From Clostridia bacterium (GTDB lineage Bacteria; Bacillota; Clostridia; TANB77; CAG-508), in contig JAAWDR010000004.1 of the NCBI GenBank assembly GCA_022793875.1, forward strand, positions 4,287-68,286: a DNA stretch of 64,000 bases, written 5' to 3'. Numbering within the stretch: the first letter of the stretch is position 1; each line of letters begins with the position of its first letter. Below are positions 18,078 to 29,421 of this stretch, one piece after another. Below the pieces are notes generated by a model. The model worked only from the letters and a program-made list of their open reading frames with translations, did no database searches and was not told the origin of the DNA. Made by a program: the position numbers and the translations under genes.

Positions 18078-18557
18078 TTATTGGCAGATTTTATTTTTAC
18101 TTTTCATTTTTCTTAAATCTTTAAAAAACTCCTTTAGTATATTCTCACATTCATCTTTAAGAATTCCTTTTTCAACTTCAACTTTATGATTAAAGGTATA
18201 ATCTTCTAACAAATTAAATACAGAACCAACCGCTCCTGTTTTTTCATCATTTGTTCCAATATACACTTTTTTAATTCTAGAATTAATTAATGCTCCTGCA
18301 CACATAGAACATGGTTCTAAAGTAACATACATTTCACAGTCAATCAATCTCCAAGAATTTAATTTTTTACTTGCTTTTTGAATTGCTAAAATTTCTGCAT
18401 GTTTTGTTGTATCAAATTTAGTTTCTTTTAAGTTGTGTGCTCTTGCTATAATTTTTCCATCTTTTACAATTACTGCTCCAACTGGTACTTCTAGTTTGTC
18501 ACATGCTTTTTTTGCTTCTTTTAGAGCTTCTTTCATAAATTTCTCTTTATACTCCAT
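18078..18557 (-). CDS. tadA: tRNA-specific adenosine deaminase
   Basis: HAEILAI and LEPCSMCAGAL zinc motifs. The start is MEYKEKFMKEAL with SD aaagga; the upstream ORF extension is not credible. Confidence 0.9.
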   Translation of the reverse strand: MEYKEKFMKEALKEAKKACDKLEVPVGAVIVKDGKIIARAHNLKETKFDTTKHAEILAIQKASKKLNSWRLIDCEMYVTLEPCSMCAGALINSRIKKVYIGTNDEKTGAVGSVFNLLEDYTFNHKVEVEKGILKDECENILKEFFKDLRKMKSKNKICQ

Positions 18558-18585
18558 ACTAATTTTTCCTTTAAATATCATTTTG

Positions 18586-19240
18586 TTAAAAAGTAATACC
18601 ATCAATACAATTCTCATAAACAAATTGTTTAATTTTAGAATTATCATTTGAATTATAAAATTCAGATAACAATGTAGTAAACTCTTGTAATTTATTATCT
18701 GGGACCTTTATAATTCCACATCCATTTTCAATCATAATCTTATTAGCACAAATAGTACTTGTTCTTTTATTTCCATCCCAAAACAATTGACTTCTCATTC
18801 CATATAACATATATTCAATAGCTCTTTCTGTAGAATTTTCTATTTGCAATATTTTATTTATATCTTCCTTTACTTTTTCTTCATTCGGAATATCTGGAAT
18901 ATACTCTGTACCAGTAATTTGTACATTACCGATTTCTTAATACTCCCCACGAAAGGCTCTCATTTCTAGCTACAAATTCATTAACTTTACAAATAAATTC
19001 TAAATTAAATATATCTTCTATATTATTTATAACATATTTCCAAGCATCTCTTAAATTTAGTATACACTGTATTTCATCTATTTTCAAATTAGGAACATTT
19101 ACACCTTCTAAAACAGTCTTAGTTTCAGGGAAAGTAACATTTAGTCCTTCCATTCTAGCATTTGCATATACATTGTCTACTAAATTTCTCTTAGCTAAAA
19201 AAATATTTTGTTCTAATGTTAAATTATATTTATTTTCCAT
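18586..19240 (-). pseudogene. Fic/Doc-family protein, split by a frameshift near 18925
   Basis: The N-terminal ORF ends ...WGVLRNR*. The next frame continues GNVQITGTEYIPDIP into ...QLFWDGNKRTST, a Doc-like GNKR motif lacking the conserved His. Confidence 0.6.
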
Positions 19241-19305
19241 ATTATCACCCTTTTTTAATTTAATACAATTATAACATATTATCTTTAAAATTACTATATT
19301 TAAAA

Positions 19306-19545
19306 TTTTTTAAGTTTCTATATTTTTATTTATATTTAAATTTAAAAGTTATAATATATAGTAAAATGTAGTAATGCGCAGTTTGGGAGGACACTTATTA
19401 ATATAGATTAGCTATATTAACTGTTCTTTTTTTGAAATATTAATAAACATTTTTATATGATTAGTCCAACCAATAAAGAACGGAATTTTACTATATATTA
19501 TAACTTTTATAAATTATTTTAAAAAATACTGAAACTTAAATTAAA
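19306..19545. repeat. Nested palindromic element family 1, long form (copy 1)
   Basis: Inner 24-bp IR AAAAGTTATAATATATAGTAAAAT (19344-19367 and 19485-19508) flanks a ~117-bp core. Outer IR is TAAGTTTC / GAAACTTA. Other copies lie at 44575-44702 and 58445-58670. Confidence 0.8.
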
Positions 19546-19690
19546 ATTTTTTTAAATTTTTCAGATACTGCATCTGCAAATTATCTTCTACAAACTGTTC
19601 TTGATCTGATTTACATCTTTTACTTTGAATTAATAATACCCATAAAAATAATTCCTGAAAAAATAATATTCCTGAAATAAATAAAAACAT
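19541..19690 (-). CDS. Possible 49-aa small hydrophobic protein
   Basis: ATG preceded by aaaagaggtg. Sequence MFLFISGILFFQELFLWVLLIQSKRCKSDQEQFVEDNLQMQYLKNLKKF. It is below the ORF-track cutoff and its 3' end abuts palindrome copy 1. Confidence 0.3.
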   Translation of the reverse strand: MFLFISGILFFQELFLWVLLIQSKRCKSDQEQFVEDNLQMQYLKNLKKF

Positions 19691-19940
19691 AAGCACCTCT
19701 TTTCTAGTATTTATATTGTATATAATAAAGTATCATATCTCTATTATATTAACCAAAAATAGAAATGTTATAATACTTTACATAATATTATAACACTTCT
19801 ATTTATATAATACTCAAAAAAATTGTCGAAAATATTTATTATTTAAATATTTTTAATATGTGTCCCTTTTTTTAATGTTTACAAAATTCATTTCATGAAT
19901 TATGCATAAGGTATCTGTAACTCGCTTTGCTCTAACAGCT

Positions 19941-19983
19941 ATCTCAAAAATGTCCCAAAGAGAAACGTCCCCAATGGGACATT
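19941..19983 (-). terminator. Hairpin immediately after the rpoC stop codon
   Basis: The minus strand reads AATGTCCCA, a 17-nt loop, TGGGACATT, then TTTGAG. It contains the dispersed GTCCC motif. Confidence 0.5.
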
Positions 19984-19984
19984 C

Positions 19985-22900
19985 CTATTGGACATCTTCT
20001 TCTTTTTTCTCTGTATTAATATGAGTTTCTTGATATCTCTTCATACCAGTACCAGCTGGAATTAACTTACCAATAATAACATTTTCTTTTAATCCAACTA
20101 AATCATCTGTCTTACCTTTAATTGCAGCTTCTGTAAGAACTCTAGTTGTTTCTTGGAATGATGCTGCTGATAAGAAACTTTCTGTTGCAAGAGATGCTTT
20201 AGTAATACCAAGTAATACTCTATGTCCTGTTGCTGGGCGTTTACCATTTGCAACTGCTTCATTATTTTTATCTTCAAAGTCATACATATCAACTAATGAA
20301 CCTGGGAACATATCAGTATCTCCATTATCTTCAACTCTAACTTTTTTAAGCATTTGTCTACCAATAACTTCAACGTGTTTATCATTTATATCAACACCTT
20401 GATTTCTATATACTTTTTGAACTTCAGATGTTAAGTATTCGTAAACTCCTTCTGGTCCTTTTAAAGTAAGTATTTCTGATGGATTTATAGAACCTTCAAT
20501 TAATGGATCTCCAACTTCTACTATGTCTCCATCTTTTACTTTCATCTTTGAACCAAATGGTATTGTATATGTTCTTGAATCATCATTAGAAGTAACAACA
20601 ACTTCTTTTTTCTTCTTAGTTTCTTTTATTTTAACTTTACCTGCAATTTCTGTAATAATTGCAACTCCCTTAGGTTTTCTAGCTTCGAATAATTCCTCGA
20701 CTCTAGGAAGACCTTGTGTAATATCTGCTACACCTGCAACACCACCAGAGTGGATAGTTCTCATTGTAAGCTGTGTACCAGGCTCACCTATTGATTGTGC
20801 AGCTATGATACCTACAGATTCTCCTATTGATACAAGACTTCTTCTTGCTAATCCCATACCATAACATTTTTGACATACACCGTGTTTTGATCTACATGCT
20901 AGAACTGAACGTACTTCTAGTTTTTCAATTCCTGCTGCAACTATTTTATCAGCTATTTCATCTGTTATCATAGTTTCTGTGTCAACAATTAGTTCTTTAG
21001 TATTTGGATCATATACATCATTTACAGCAAATCTACCAACCATTCTTTCTTGCATTTTTTCAATTACTTGATTTCCGTCTTTAATATCATAAATTACTAG
21101 CCCTTCATGTGTTCCACAATCATATTCTCTAACTATAATATCTTGTGATACATCAACTAATCTTCTTGTTAAATATCCTGAGTCAGCTGTTCTTAAAGCT
21201 GTATCTGAAAGTCCCTTACGAGCACCATGAGCAGAAATGAAATATTCTAGAGCATCTAGCCCTTCTGCAAATGATGATTTAATAGGAATTTCTACGGCTT
21301 TACCTGTTGTACTAGCCATAAGTCCACGGATACCTGCAATTTGTCTTAATTGGTTCATATTACCTCTGGCTCCAGATTTAACCATCATATATATTGGGTT
21401 TAAGTCTTCAAAGTTTTCTTCCATCGCTGTACTTATTTTCTTTGTAGCATCTTCCCAAACTTTAATTACTGAATTATATCTTTCTTCATTAGTAATTAAA
21501 CCTCTTGCATATTGTTTTCTGATTGTTTCAATTTTTTTATCAGCTTCTTCTAGTAATCCTTTTTTAGCTTCAGGCACTTTAACATCACTCATTGAGAATG
21601 TAATACCTGCAAGTGTTGAATATTTAAATCCTAAAGATTTTATATAGTCAATTACTTCTGCTGATTCTACAACACCATGTACTTTTATTTCTCTGTCTAT
21701 TATTTGTCCCATTGTTTTCTTAACTACTGGGAAGTTTATTTCATATTGGAATGGATCTTCTTCTCTATTTACAAAACCTAAATCTTGAGGAATTCCCTGG
21801 TTAAATATAATTCTACCAACACTTGTTTCAATCTTTTTAGATTTCATTTCTCCATTAATTTCTTTTGTTATTCTAACAAATATCTTAGCATGCATACTTA
21901 TATCATTATTTTCATATGCCATTATTGCTTCTTCTGGGTCTTTGAAATATTTTCCTTCTCCCAATTCTCCCTCTAATGTCATTGTTAAGTAATAACTTCC
22001 TAAAATCATGTCTAGTCTAGGTACTGCAACTGGTTTACCATCTTGTGGTTTTAATAAGTTATTTGTTGCAAGCATTAAGTATCTAGCTTCTGCTTGTGCT
22101 TCTGGTGATAATGGTAAGTGAACTGCCATTTGGTCACCATCGAAGTCAGCATTAAATGCTTCACAAACTAATGGGTGAAGTTTAATTGCTCTACCTTCTA
22201 CTAATACTGGTTCAAATGCTTGTATACCTAATCTGTGTAGAGTAGGTGCACGGTTTAACATTACAGGATGATCTTTTATAACATACTCTAATATTTCCCA
22301 TACTTCTGGTCTTAATCTTTCTACCATTCTTTTAGCATTTTTTATATTTTGAGCAATTCCTCTTCCAACTAATTCTTTCATTACAAATGGTTTGAATAAT
22401 TCAACAGCCATTTCTTTTGGAAGACCACATTGATAAATATTTAGTTCTGGTCCAACAACTATAACAGAACGTCCAGAATAGTCAACTCTCTTACCTAATA
22501 AGTTTTGACGGAATCTACCTTGTTTTCCTTTTAACATATCAGATAAAGATTTTAAAGCTCTATTTCCAGCACCTGTTACAGGCTTTCCTCTTCTACTATT
22601 ATCAATTAATGCATCTACAGATTCTTGTAACATTCTTTTTTCATTTCTTACAATTATTTCTGGAGCACCTAATTCTAATAATCTTTTTAATCTGTTATTT
22701 CTATTAATAACTCTTCTATATAAGTCATTTAAATCAGAAGTTGCAAATCTACCACCATCTAATTGAACCATTGGTCTTAACTCTGGCGGAATTACTGGTA
22801 CAACTGACATTATCATCCATTCTGGTTTTGTATCTGATAATCTAAATGAATCAATTGTATCAAGTCTTTTAACAATTTTACTTTTCTTTTGCTCACTTGC

Positions 22901-23494
22901 ATTTTCTAATTCTTTTCTTAAATCGTTAGACAATTTATCTAAATCAACTTTTTCTAATAATTCTTTTAAAGCTTCTGCACCCATTCTAGCCTTAAATGTA
23001 CCTTTACCACATCTTTCTTCTGCTTCATGATATTCTTTTTCAGTTAAAACTTGGCATTCACTTAAATCTGATGTTCCTTTATCTGTAACTATATAAGAAG
23101 CAAAATATACTACCTTTTCTAAATTACGTGGTGAAACATCTAGTATCAAAGCAATTCTACTAGGAATTCCTTTAAAATACCAAATATGTGCCACTGGTGC
23201 AGCAAGTTCAATATGTCCCATTCTTTCTCTTCTAACTTTTGATTTAGTTACTTCAACACCACATCTATCACATACTATTCCTTTATATCTAACCCTTTTA
23301 TATTTACCACAATGACATTCCCAGTCTTTTGTTGGTCCAAAAATTCTTTCACAGAATAGACCATCTCTTTCTGGTTTTAATGTTCTATAATTTATAGTCT
23401 CAGGTTTTTTAACTTCACCTTTTGACCATTCTCTTATTTTCTCATCTGATGCAATTCCTATTTTTATTTTATTAAAAATATCTAATTCGTCCAC
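19985..23494 (-). CDS. rpoC: DNA-directed RNA polymerase subunit beta'
   Basis: 1169 aa with NADFDGD, a zinc-binding CxxC cluster and [14 protein letters not shown] start after aggggga. Confidence 0.97.
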   Translation of the reverse strand: MDELDIFNKIKIGIASDEKIREWSKGEVKKPETINYRTLKPERDGLFCERIFGPTKDWECHCGKYKRVRYKGIVCDRCGVEVTKSKVRRERMGHIELAAPVAHIWYFKGIPSRIALILDVSPRNLEKVVYFASYIVTDKGTSDLSECQVLTEKEYHEAEERCGKGTFKARMGAEALKELLEKVDLDKLSNDLRKELENASEQKKSKIVKRLDTIDSFRLSDTKPEWMIMSVVPVIPPELRPMVQLDGGRFATSDLNDLYRRVINRNNRLKRLLELGAPEIIVRNEKRMLQESVDALIDNSRRGKPVTGAGNRALKSLSDMLKGKQGRFRQNLLGKRVDYSGRSVIVVGPELNIYQCGLPKEMAVELFKPFVMKELVGRGIAQNIKNAKRMVERLRPEVWEILEYVIKDHPVMLNRAPTLHRLGIQAFEPVLVEGRAIKLHPLVCEAFNADFDGDQMAVHLPLSPEAQAEARYLMLATNNLLKPQDGKPVAVPRLDMILGSYYLTMTLEGELGEGKYFKDPEEAIMAYENNDISMHAKIFVRITKEINGEMKSKKIETSVGRIIFNQGIPQDLGFVNREEDPFQYEINFPVVKKTMGQIIDREIKVHGVVESAEVIDYIKSLGFKYSTLAGITFSMSDVKVPEAKKGLLEEADKKIETIRKQYARGLITNEERYNSVIKVWEDATKKISTAMEENFEDLNPIYMMVKSGARGNMNQLRQIAGIRGLMASTTGKAVEIPIKSSFAEGLDALEYFISAHGARKGLSDTALRTADSGYLTRRLVDVSQDIIVREYDCGTHEGLVIYDIKDGNQVIEKMQERMVGRFAVNDVYDPNTKELIVDTETMITDEIADKIVAAGIEKLEVRSVLACRSKHGVCQKCYGMGLARRSLVSIGESVGIIAAQSIGEPGTQLTMRTIHSGGVAGVADITQGLPRVEELFEARKPKGVAIITEIAGKVKIKETKKKKEVVVTSNDDSRTYTIPFGSKMKVKDGDIVEVGDPLIEGSINPSEILTLKGPEGVYEYLTSEVQKVYRNQGVDINDKHVEVIGRQMLKKVRVEDNGDTDMFPGSLVDMYDFEDKNNEAVANGKRPATGHRVLLGITKASLATESFLSAASFQETTRVLTEAAIKGKTDDLVGLKENVIIGKLIPAGTGMKRYQETHINTEKKEEDVQ

Positions 23495-23514
23495 TTTTTT
23501 TCCCCCTAATTTTA

Positions 23515-23547
23515 TTTGTCCAAAAGAGAGGTTTCTTTTTGGACAAA
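23515..23547 (-). promoter_or_regulatory. Strong hairpin 20 nt upstream of the rpoC start (attenuator/terminator-like)
   Basis: TTTGTCCAAAAG ... CTTTTTGGACAAA, a ~12-bp stem with a weak U-tract. Confidence 0.45.
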
Positions 23548-23698
23548 AATGTCCAATTAAGACACATCTTAATCCAAAAAGAATTTTCCCTATTTGATTA
23601 TTTTAAAGGTTTTAATTTCAAAACAGTAACAAAGCTCTATCCACTGCTGGTGCAATTCTATATTGTCGACTTCTCACTTTTTAAAATTTATTTAATTG

Positions 23699-23734
23699 CT
23701 GAACCTGTTAAAGCTTTGCTTGTTACAGGTTCAG
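23699..23734 (-). terminator. Hairpin after the hepT stop
   Basis: CTGAACCTGT(T)AA ... TTACAGGTTCAG, an ~11-bp stem about 30 nt downstream of the hepT stop. Confidence 0.4.
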
Positions 23735-23764
23735 TACACAAAATGTGTTAGCTTTTTGTGTTTC

Positions 23765-24115
23765 TTATATTTCTACATTAAGTTGTTTTTCTATAAATGT
23801 TTTTACAACAGGTATATCCTCGACTGCTGTATAAAATATTTTTGTAGAATCCATTTTACCATAACCATGTGCAAAACGGTTTCTCATTCCTCTTATGGCA
23901 TTCCAGTTCATATCATTTTTAGTTTCTTCTAAATATTCATCTGTTAAATGATTTGCTAATTCTCCAATTTGAAATATTTTCATAGAAAGTGAATCTTTAT
24001 AATCATTATCTAATTTAAACTTTTCAATATCATTTCCAAAACGATTTATAGTAGCATTAATCTCATTACAATACTTTAACATATGTTTTAAAACTGTTAT
24101 ATCTCTATTCTCCAT
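23765..24115 (-). CDS. hepT: HepT-like (DUF86) RNase toxin of a type VII TA system
   Basis: 116 aa with the Rx4HxY motif RNRFAHGY. Overlaps the upstream nucleotidyltransferase gene by 11 nt. Confidence 0.8.
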   Translation of the reverse strand: MENRDITVLKHMLKYCNEINATINRFGNDIEKFKLDNDYKDSLSMKIFQIGELANHLTDEYLEETKNDMNWNAIRGMRNRFAHGYGKMDSTKIFYTAVEDIPVVKTFIEKQLNVEI

Positions 24116-24446
24116 AAATCATCACTCTCTCTTTTTTTATATTTTCATAAAATTCTTCTTCAAAATCTTCCATTTGTTCATTTTCAAAACATTCTTCTTC
24201 AATTAAATCAACATCCTTTTGTAATGTTTCTTTCAAATTTTCAAGAATTATTCCTATAACAAATAAACTTCTTATATTTTTTGCTACTATTATAATATCA
24301 ATATCGCTATTTTCATTATAATCTCCTCTAGCATAAGAACCAAAAATATATGCTTTATCTACACCATATTTTCTAAATATTGGCTCTGTAAGTTTTTTTA
24401 TTTGAGCAATAGCCTCTTCTTTATTTAATTTTTCCATAAGCTTCAC
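24105..24446 (-). CDS. mntA: MNT-type nucleotidyltransferase antitoxin
   Basis: 113 aa with GSYARGD and SDIDI (GSx10-20DxD pattern of minimal nucleotidyltransferases). Confidence 0.8.
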   Translation of the reverse strand: MKLMEKLNKEEAIAQIKKLTEPIFRKYGVDKAYIFGSYARGDYNENSDIDIIIVAKNIRSLFVIGIILENLKETLQKDVDLIEEECFENEQMEDFEEEFYENIKKERVMIYGE

Positions 24447-24592
24447 TCCTTTTTTGATTTAATACTATCTGAACGAATCAAAAGCGGTGTATTGGTAGGA
24501 AAGCTAGAAAAAATCTTTGAAATAATACGTTTGTATATTGAAAAGATTTTTTCGACGCTTGACAACGCAAGACGCCGCTTTTCATTTGTTCA

Positions 24593-27500
24593 TTATATTA
24601 AGTCGTCATCATTGGCAAGATTATCCTCAGCCAAATCACTATCGAAAATAGCATCATCATCTTCATCATCTAAATCTTCAAATAAATCATCACTATCTTC
24701 GTCAACCTCTTCTTCATCTAATAAAACATCATCTTCAACATCCTCGCTATAGCCATCAGCCAAATCATCAGCAGCTACAACCTCATCTTCTGCTAAATAC
24801 TTTTTATCTTTTTCAGGATCATATTCAATTCCATCTTCAATATTTTCCTTTAATTCAAGTTCTTGATTATCTTCTGAATATAAACGAATATCTAATCCTA
24901 AAGATTGTAATTCTTTTACAAGAACTTTAAAGCTTTCTGGAACACCTGGCTCAGGAATATTTTCACCTTTAACTATTGATTCATAAGTTTTTACTCTACC
25001 TACAACATCATCAGATTTAACTGTTAACATTTCTTGTAATGTATAAGCAGCACCATAAGCTTCCAATGCCCAAACTTCCATTTCTCCGAAACGTTGTCCA
25101 CCAAATTGAGCTTTACCTCCAAGTGGTTGTTGTGTAACTAATGAGTATGGTCCAGTTGAACGAGCATGTATTTTATCATCAACTAAATGGTGAAGTTTCA
25201 ACATGTACATTACACCAACTGTAATTGGCTTATCAAATGGGTCACCTGTTCTACCATCATATAGAATTGATTTACCATCTTCACTCATTCCTGCTTGTTT
25301 TAATAATTCTTCAACATCTTCTTGTGTTGCACCATCAAATACTGGTGTTGATACATGCCATCCTAAAGCTTTAGCTGCTCCTCCTAAGTGAACTTCAAGT
25401 ATTTGTCCTAAATTCATACGAGATGGAAGTCCAAGTGGGTTAAGTAATATATCTATTGGTGTACCATCTGGTAAGAATGGCATATCTTCTTCTGGTAATA
25501 CTCTTGAGATAACACCTTTGTTACCATGACGTCCAGCCATTTTATCTCCAACTGATATTTTTCTTTTTGTTGCTATATAACATCTAATTATTTGATTTAC
25601 TCCTGGTCCTAATTCATCTGAATTATCTCTTGTAAAGATTTTAACATCAACTATTGTTCCAGCTTCTCCATGAGGTACTTTTAATGATGTATCTCTTACT
25701 TCCCTAGCTTTTTCACCAAAGATTGCTCTTAATAATCTTTCTTCAGCTGTTAATTCTGTTTCTCCTTTTGGAGTAACTTTACCAACTAAGATATCTCCTG
25801 GTCTAACTTCTGCACCTATTCTTATAATACCATTTTCATCTAAGTCTTTTAATACATCATCACCAACATTTGGTATATCTCTTGTTATTTCTTCTGGCCC
25901 TAATTTTGTATCACGACATTCACAATCATATTCTTCAATATGTATTGATGTAAATACATCTTCTTTTACTAATCTTTCATTTAATAGTATAGCATCCTCA
26001 TAGTTGTATCCTTCCCATGTTGAGAAAGCAACTAATGCATTTTTACCTAATGACATTTCACCATCTTTTGTTGATGGACCATCAGCTATGCTATCTCCTT
26101 TTTTAACTTTTTCTCCAACTTTAACAATTGGTCTTTGGTTTATACATGTACCACCATTTGTTCTTTTGAATTTACGTAATTTATGTACTACTGTTTTTCC
26201 ATTTTTATATTTAACTGTAATAGCATTTCCTGTAACTTTTTCAATAACACCATCATCTTCTGCTAGTATTAATATTCCAGAATCTTTTGCTGCTCTATAT
26301 TCAATACCTGTTGCAACTATTGGTCTTTCTGTTATCATTAAAGGAACCGCTTGTCTTTGCATGTTTGCACCCATTAAAGATCTTTTTGCATCATCATGCT
26401 CTAAGAATGGTATCATGGCTGCTGCTATAGATACTAATTGTTTTGGTGAAACATCTATATATTGAACTCTGTCTTTTTCAACTTCTATGATTTCATTTTT
26501 ATATCTAACTCTAATTCTGTCATTTACAAATTCACCATTTTCGTTCATTGGTTCAGATGCTTGTGCTATTATGTAATTATCTTCTACATCTGCACTCATA
26601 TATTCAACATTATCTGTTGCTCTATGTGTTTCTGGATCTATTTTTCTGTATGGTGTTTCTATGAATCCATATTCATTTATATTTGCAAATGATGAAAGTG
26701 CTGAAATTAATCCAATGTTCGGTCCTTCTGGTGATTCTATTGGACATAGTCTACCATAGTGTGTATAGTGAACGTCTCTAACTTCAAATCCAGCTCTTTC
26801 TCTTGTAAGACCTCCAGGTCCTAATGCTGAAATTCTTCTTTTATGTGTTAATTCTGAAAGTGGGTTAGTTTGATCCATAAATTGTGACAATTGTGAACTT
26901 CCAAAGAATTCTCTTATTGATGATGTTATTGGTTTTGTATTAATTAATGTTTGTGGTGTTACAACATCTAAGTCTTGAATTGTCATTCTTTCTCTTACAA
27001 CTCTTTCAAGTCTTGTTAGACCAATTCTAAATTGATTTTGTAATAATTCCCCAACACATCTAATTCTACGATTAGCTAAGTGGTCTATATCATCTACATT
27101 TCCTAATCCATGAGCTAAATTTAATAAATAGTTTATAGATGATAACATATCTTCTGTTGTAATAGTTTTTGGTATTAATTCATCAATTCTTTGTCCAATT
27201 ACTTTTACTAAATCTTTCTCATCAGTATTTTCAATTATATTTTGTAATACTTGATAATTTACTTCTTCTTTTATATTTAAAGAACTTAAATCAACTGTTG
27301 GTAATACTTCATGAATGTTTACAGTTCCATTTCCTATAACTCTAACTGTTCTTTCTCCAACTAATACATCAACAATATTTATTCCTGCATTTTTAATATT
27401 TTTAGCAACTTCTGCAGATATAACTTCTCCTGCTTGTACAAATACTTCTCCTGTTTCTTTATCCATTATATCTTTTGCTGCAATTTTTCCTGTTATTCTT

Positions 27501-28351
27501 GTTGATAAACTTAATTTTTGATCAAATTTATATCTACCAACTTTTGCTAAATCATATCTTCTATTGTCATAGAATAATCCATCAAATAAATTTCTTGCTG
27601 CGTCTACTGTTGGAAGTTCTCCTGGTCTTAATTTCTTATATATTTCAATTAAAGCTTCTTCTTGAGTTTTAATTGTATCTTTTGAAATTGTTGCATTTAA
27701 TAATTCTTCATCTCCAAATAAATCTCTTATTTGGTCATCTGTAACTATTCCTATTGCTCTTAATAATGTTGTTACTGGTACTTTTCTTGTTCTATCAACA
27801 CGAACATAAAAAATATCATTTCCATCTGTTTCATATTCTAGCCATGCTCCTCTTAATGGCATAACTGTTGATGTATATGTTCTCTTTCCTGTTTTTGTGT
27901 CAAATTCCTCTGCATAATAACATCCTGGTGAACGTACTAATTGGCTTACTACAACTCTTTCTGCACCATTTATTATAAATGTTCCACTATCTGTCATTAA
28001 TGGAAAATCACCTAAGTAAATTTCTTGCTCTTTTATTTCTCCTGTTTCTCTGTTTATTAAACGAACTTTAACATGTAATCTTGTTGAATATGTTGCATCT
28101 CTTTCTTTTGCTTCTTCAATTGAATATTTTGTCTTGTCCTCCATATAGTAATCAAAAAATTCAAGAACTAGATTTCCAGAATAGTCTTCTATTGGTGATA
28201 TATCTTTTAATACTTCTCCTAATCCTTCATTTACAAACCATTCATATGAATCTTTTTGTACTTTGATTAAGTTTGGCATTTCAATAAAATCTCCAACTTT
28301 TGCGAAATCTTTTCTTGAAGCTTTTTCATATTGTACATCTTTAATTTTCAA
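24593..28351 (-). CDS. rpoB: DNA-directed RNA polymerase subunit beta
   Basis: About 1250 aa with the conserved blocks of beta ([25 protein letters not shown]). The probable start is TTG at 28351 after agggag; the ORF opens at 28360. Confidence 0.97.
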   Translation of the reverse strand: MKIKDVQYEKASRKDFAKVGDFIEMPNLIKVQKDSYEWFVNEGLGEVLKDISPIEDYSGNLVLEFFDYYMEDKTKYSIEEAKERDATYSTRLHVKVRLINRETGEIKEQEIYLGDFPLMTDSGTFIINGAERVVVSQLVRSPGCYYAEEFDTKTGKRTYTSTVMPLRGAWLEYETDGNDIFYVRVDRTRKVPVTTLLRAIGIVTDDQIRDLFGDEELLNATISKDTIKTQEEALIEIYKKLRPGELPTVDAARNLFDGLFYDNRRYDLAKVGRYKFDQKLSLSTRITGKIAAKDIMDKETGEVFVQAGEVISAEVAKNIKNAGINIVDVLVGERTVRVIGNGTVNIHEVLPTVDLSSLNIKEEVNYQVLQNIIENTDEKDLVKVIGQRIDELIPKTITTEDMLSSINYLLNLAHGLGNVDDIDHLANRRIRCVGELLQNQFRIGLTRLERVVRERMTIQDLDVVTPQTLINTKPITSSIREFFGSSQLSQFMDQTNPLSELTHKRRISALGPGGLTRERAGFEVRDVHYTHYGRLCPIESPEGPNIGLISALSSFANINEYGFIETPYRKIDPETHRATDNVEYMSADVEDNYIIAQASEPMNENGEFVNDRIRVRYKNEIIEVEKDRVQYIDVSPKQLVSIAAAMIPFLEHDDAKRSLMGANMQRQAVPLMITERPIVATGIEYRAAKDSGILILAEDDGVIEKVTGNAITVKYKNGKTVVHKLRKFKRTNGGTCINQRPIVKVGEKVKKGDSIADGPSTKDGEMSLGKNALVAFSTWEGYNYEDAILLNERLVKEDVFTSIHIEEYDCECRDTKLGPEEITRDIPNVGDDVLKDLDENGIIRIGAEVRPGDILVGKVTPKGETELTAEERLLRAIFGEKAREVRDTSLKVPHGEAGTIVDVKIFTRDNSDELGPGVNQIIRCYIATKRKISVGDKMAGRHGNKGVISRVLPEEDMPFLPDGTPIDILLNPLGLPSRMNLGQILEVHLGGAAKALGWHVSTPVFDGATQEDVEELLKQAGMSEDGKSILYDGRTGDPFDKPITVGVMYMLKLHHLVDDKIHARSTGPYSLVTQQPLGGKAQFGGQRFGEMEVWALEAYGAAYTLQEMLTVKSDDVVGRVKTYESIVKGENIPEPGVPESFKVLVKELQSLGLDIRLYSEDNQELELKENIEDGIEYDPEKDKKYLAEDEVVAADDLADGYSEDVEDDVLLDEEEVDEDSDDLFEDLDDEDDDAIFDSDLAEDNLANDDDLI

Positions 28352-28754
28352 AAAAATCACTCCCTATAAAAATTTGAAGCAGATTCCTTAAGTTCTTAAT
28401 TAATACTTTCGCATTTAATTTAGAATTTAAGTATAAATTTGTTTGATTTTAAGAAAAGTCCTTCTTACAATACAGTTACTCTTATATCTAAATTATCTCG
28501 TCTGCTTTTCGAGCTAGTTTATCTATATTTTACTGTATTTAATTCCTCTCTTCTTAAATTTTGAACTTAGTATTTTGAATTTTATTTCTTTTGAAAAAAA
28601 TTATAATTAATCACTCTATATGATACCACATTTTACCAGTAAAAGTCAAGAGTTTCACAATATTTTTGATAAAAATTGTAATATAATTATTGCTTTTGCA
28701 AATAGATTATAGTAAAATAATCAAGAAATTATTTATAGAAAGGACAAAAGAATT

Positions 28755-29315
28755 ATGATGAGCTTACCAATTGTTGTAAAATATTTATTAATAGCACTAG
28801 TTAGTATGGTTCCAATAGTTGAATTAAGAGGTGCAATTCCAATCGCAGAAGGGTTAGGTTTAGATATATTTATATATTATCCAGTAGCCATTATAGGAAA
28901 TATGCTACCAGTCCCATTTATATATTTATTTGCTAGAAAATTTCTTGAATGGGGAAAGGATAAAAAATTAATCGGAAAATTTTTCACATGGTGTTTAGAA
29001 AAAGGTGAAAAAGGTGGCGAAAAATTAAAAGAAACTGCTGGGAATAAAGGTTTATTTTTTGCTTTACTTTTATTTGTTGGAGTTCCACTACCTGGAACAG
29101 GTGCATGGACAGGAACTTTAGCTGCTAGCTTCTTAAAAATAGATTTTAAAACAAGTATTTTAGCTGTAACTTTAGGTGTTTTATTAGCTGGTATTATAAT
29201 GTCTTTAGGTAGCAAATTTGTTGCGGTTTTGGGATGGACTGGTTTACTGGCAATTATTGCTGTAATAGCAATTATAATTATTGCTTCAATTATGATTAGA
29301 AAAAGAAAAAATTAA
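28755..29315 (+). CDS. Small multidrug-export-like membrane protein (COG2426-type)
   Basis: 186 aa and polytopic, with VELRGAIPIA and the PLPGTGAWTG motif. Confidence 0.65.
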   Translation: MMSLPIVVKYLLIALVSMVPIVELRGAIPIAEGLGLDIFIYYPVAIIGNMLPVPFIYLFARKFLEWGKDKKLIGKFFTWCLEKGEKGGEKLKETAGNKGLFFALLLFVGVPLPGTGAWTGTLAASFLKIDFKTSILAVTLGVLLAGIIMSLGSKFVAVLGWTGLLAIIAVIAIIIIASIMIRKRKN

Positions 29316-29342
29316 AGTACACATTTTGTTGTGTACTTTTTT
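29316..29342 (+). terminator. Rho-independent terminator
   Basis: AGTACACA tttt gt TGTGTACT followed by TTTTTT. Confidence 0.7.
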
Positions 29343-29421
29343 AATAATACTAACTATTGTCCTATTATTAATTTAATATTTTTCTTTACAAATTTTATTT
29401 TAAATTTACCTTTCTTTTGTT

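Noticed and set aside
24492-24752. 86-aa Ser-rich plus-strand ORF.
   Set aside because: It is the antisense of the Asp/Glu-rich tail of rpoB (GAN codons read backwards give Ser/Leu). It is not a gene.
24596-24890. A ~95-aa highly acidic C-terminal extension of RpoB (..[39 protein letters not shown]..).
   Set aside because: Acidic C-terminal tails on beta are common in Firmicutes (Bacillus subtilis RpoB has one). It is long here but not qualitatively unusual.
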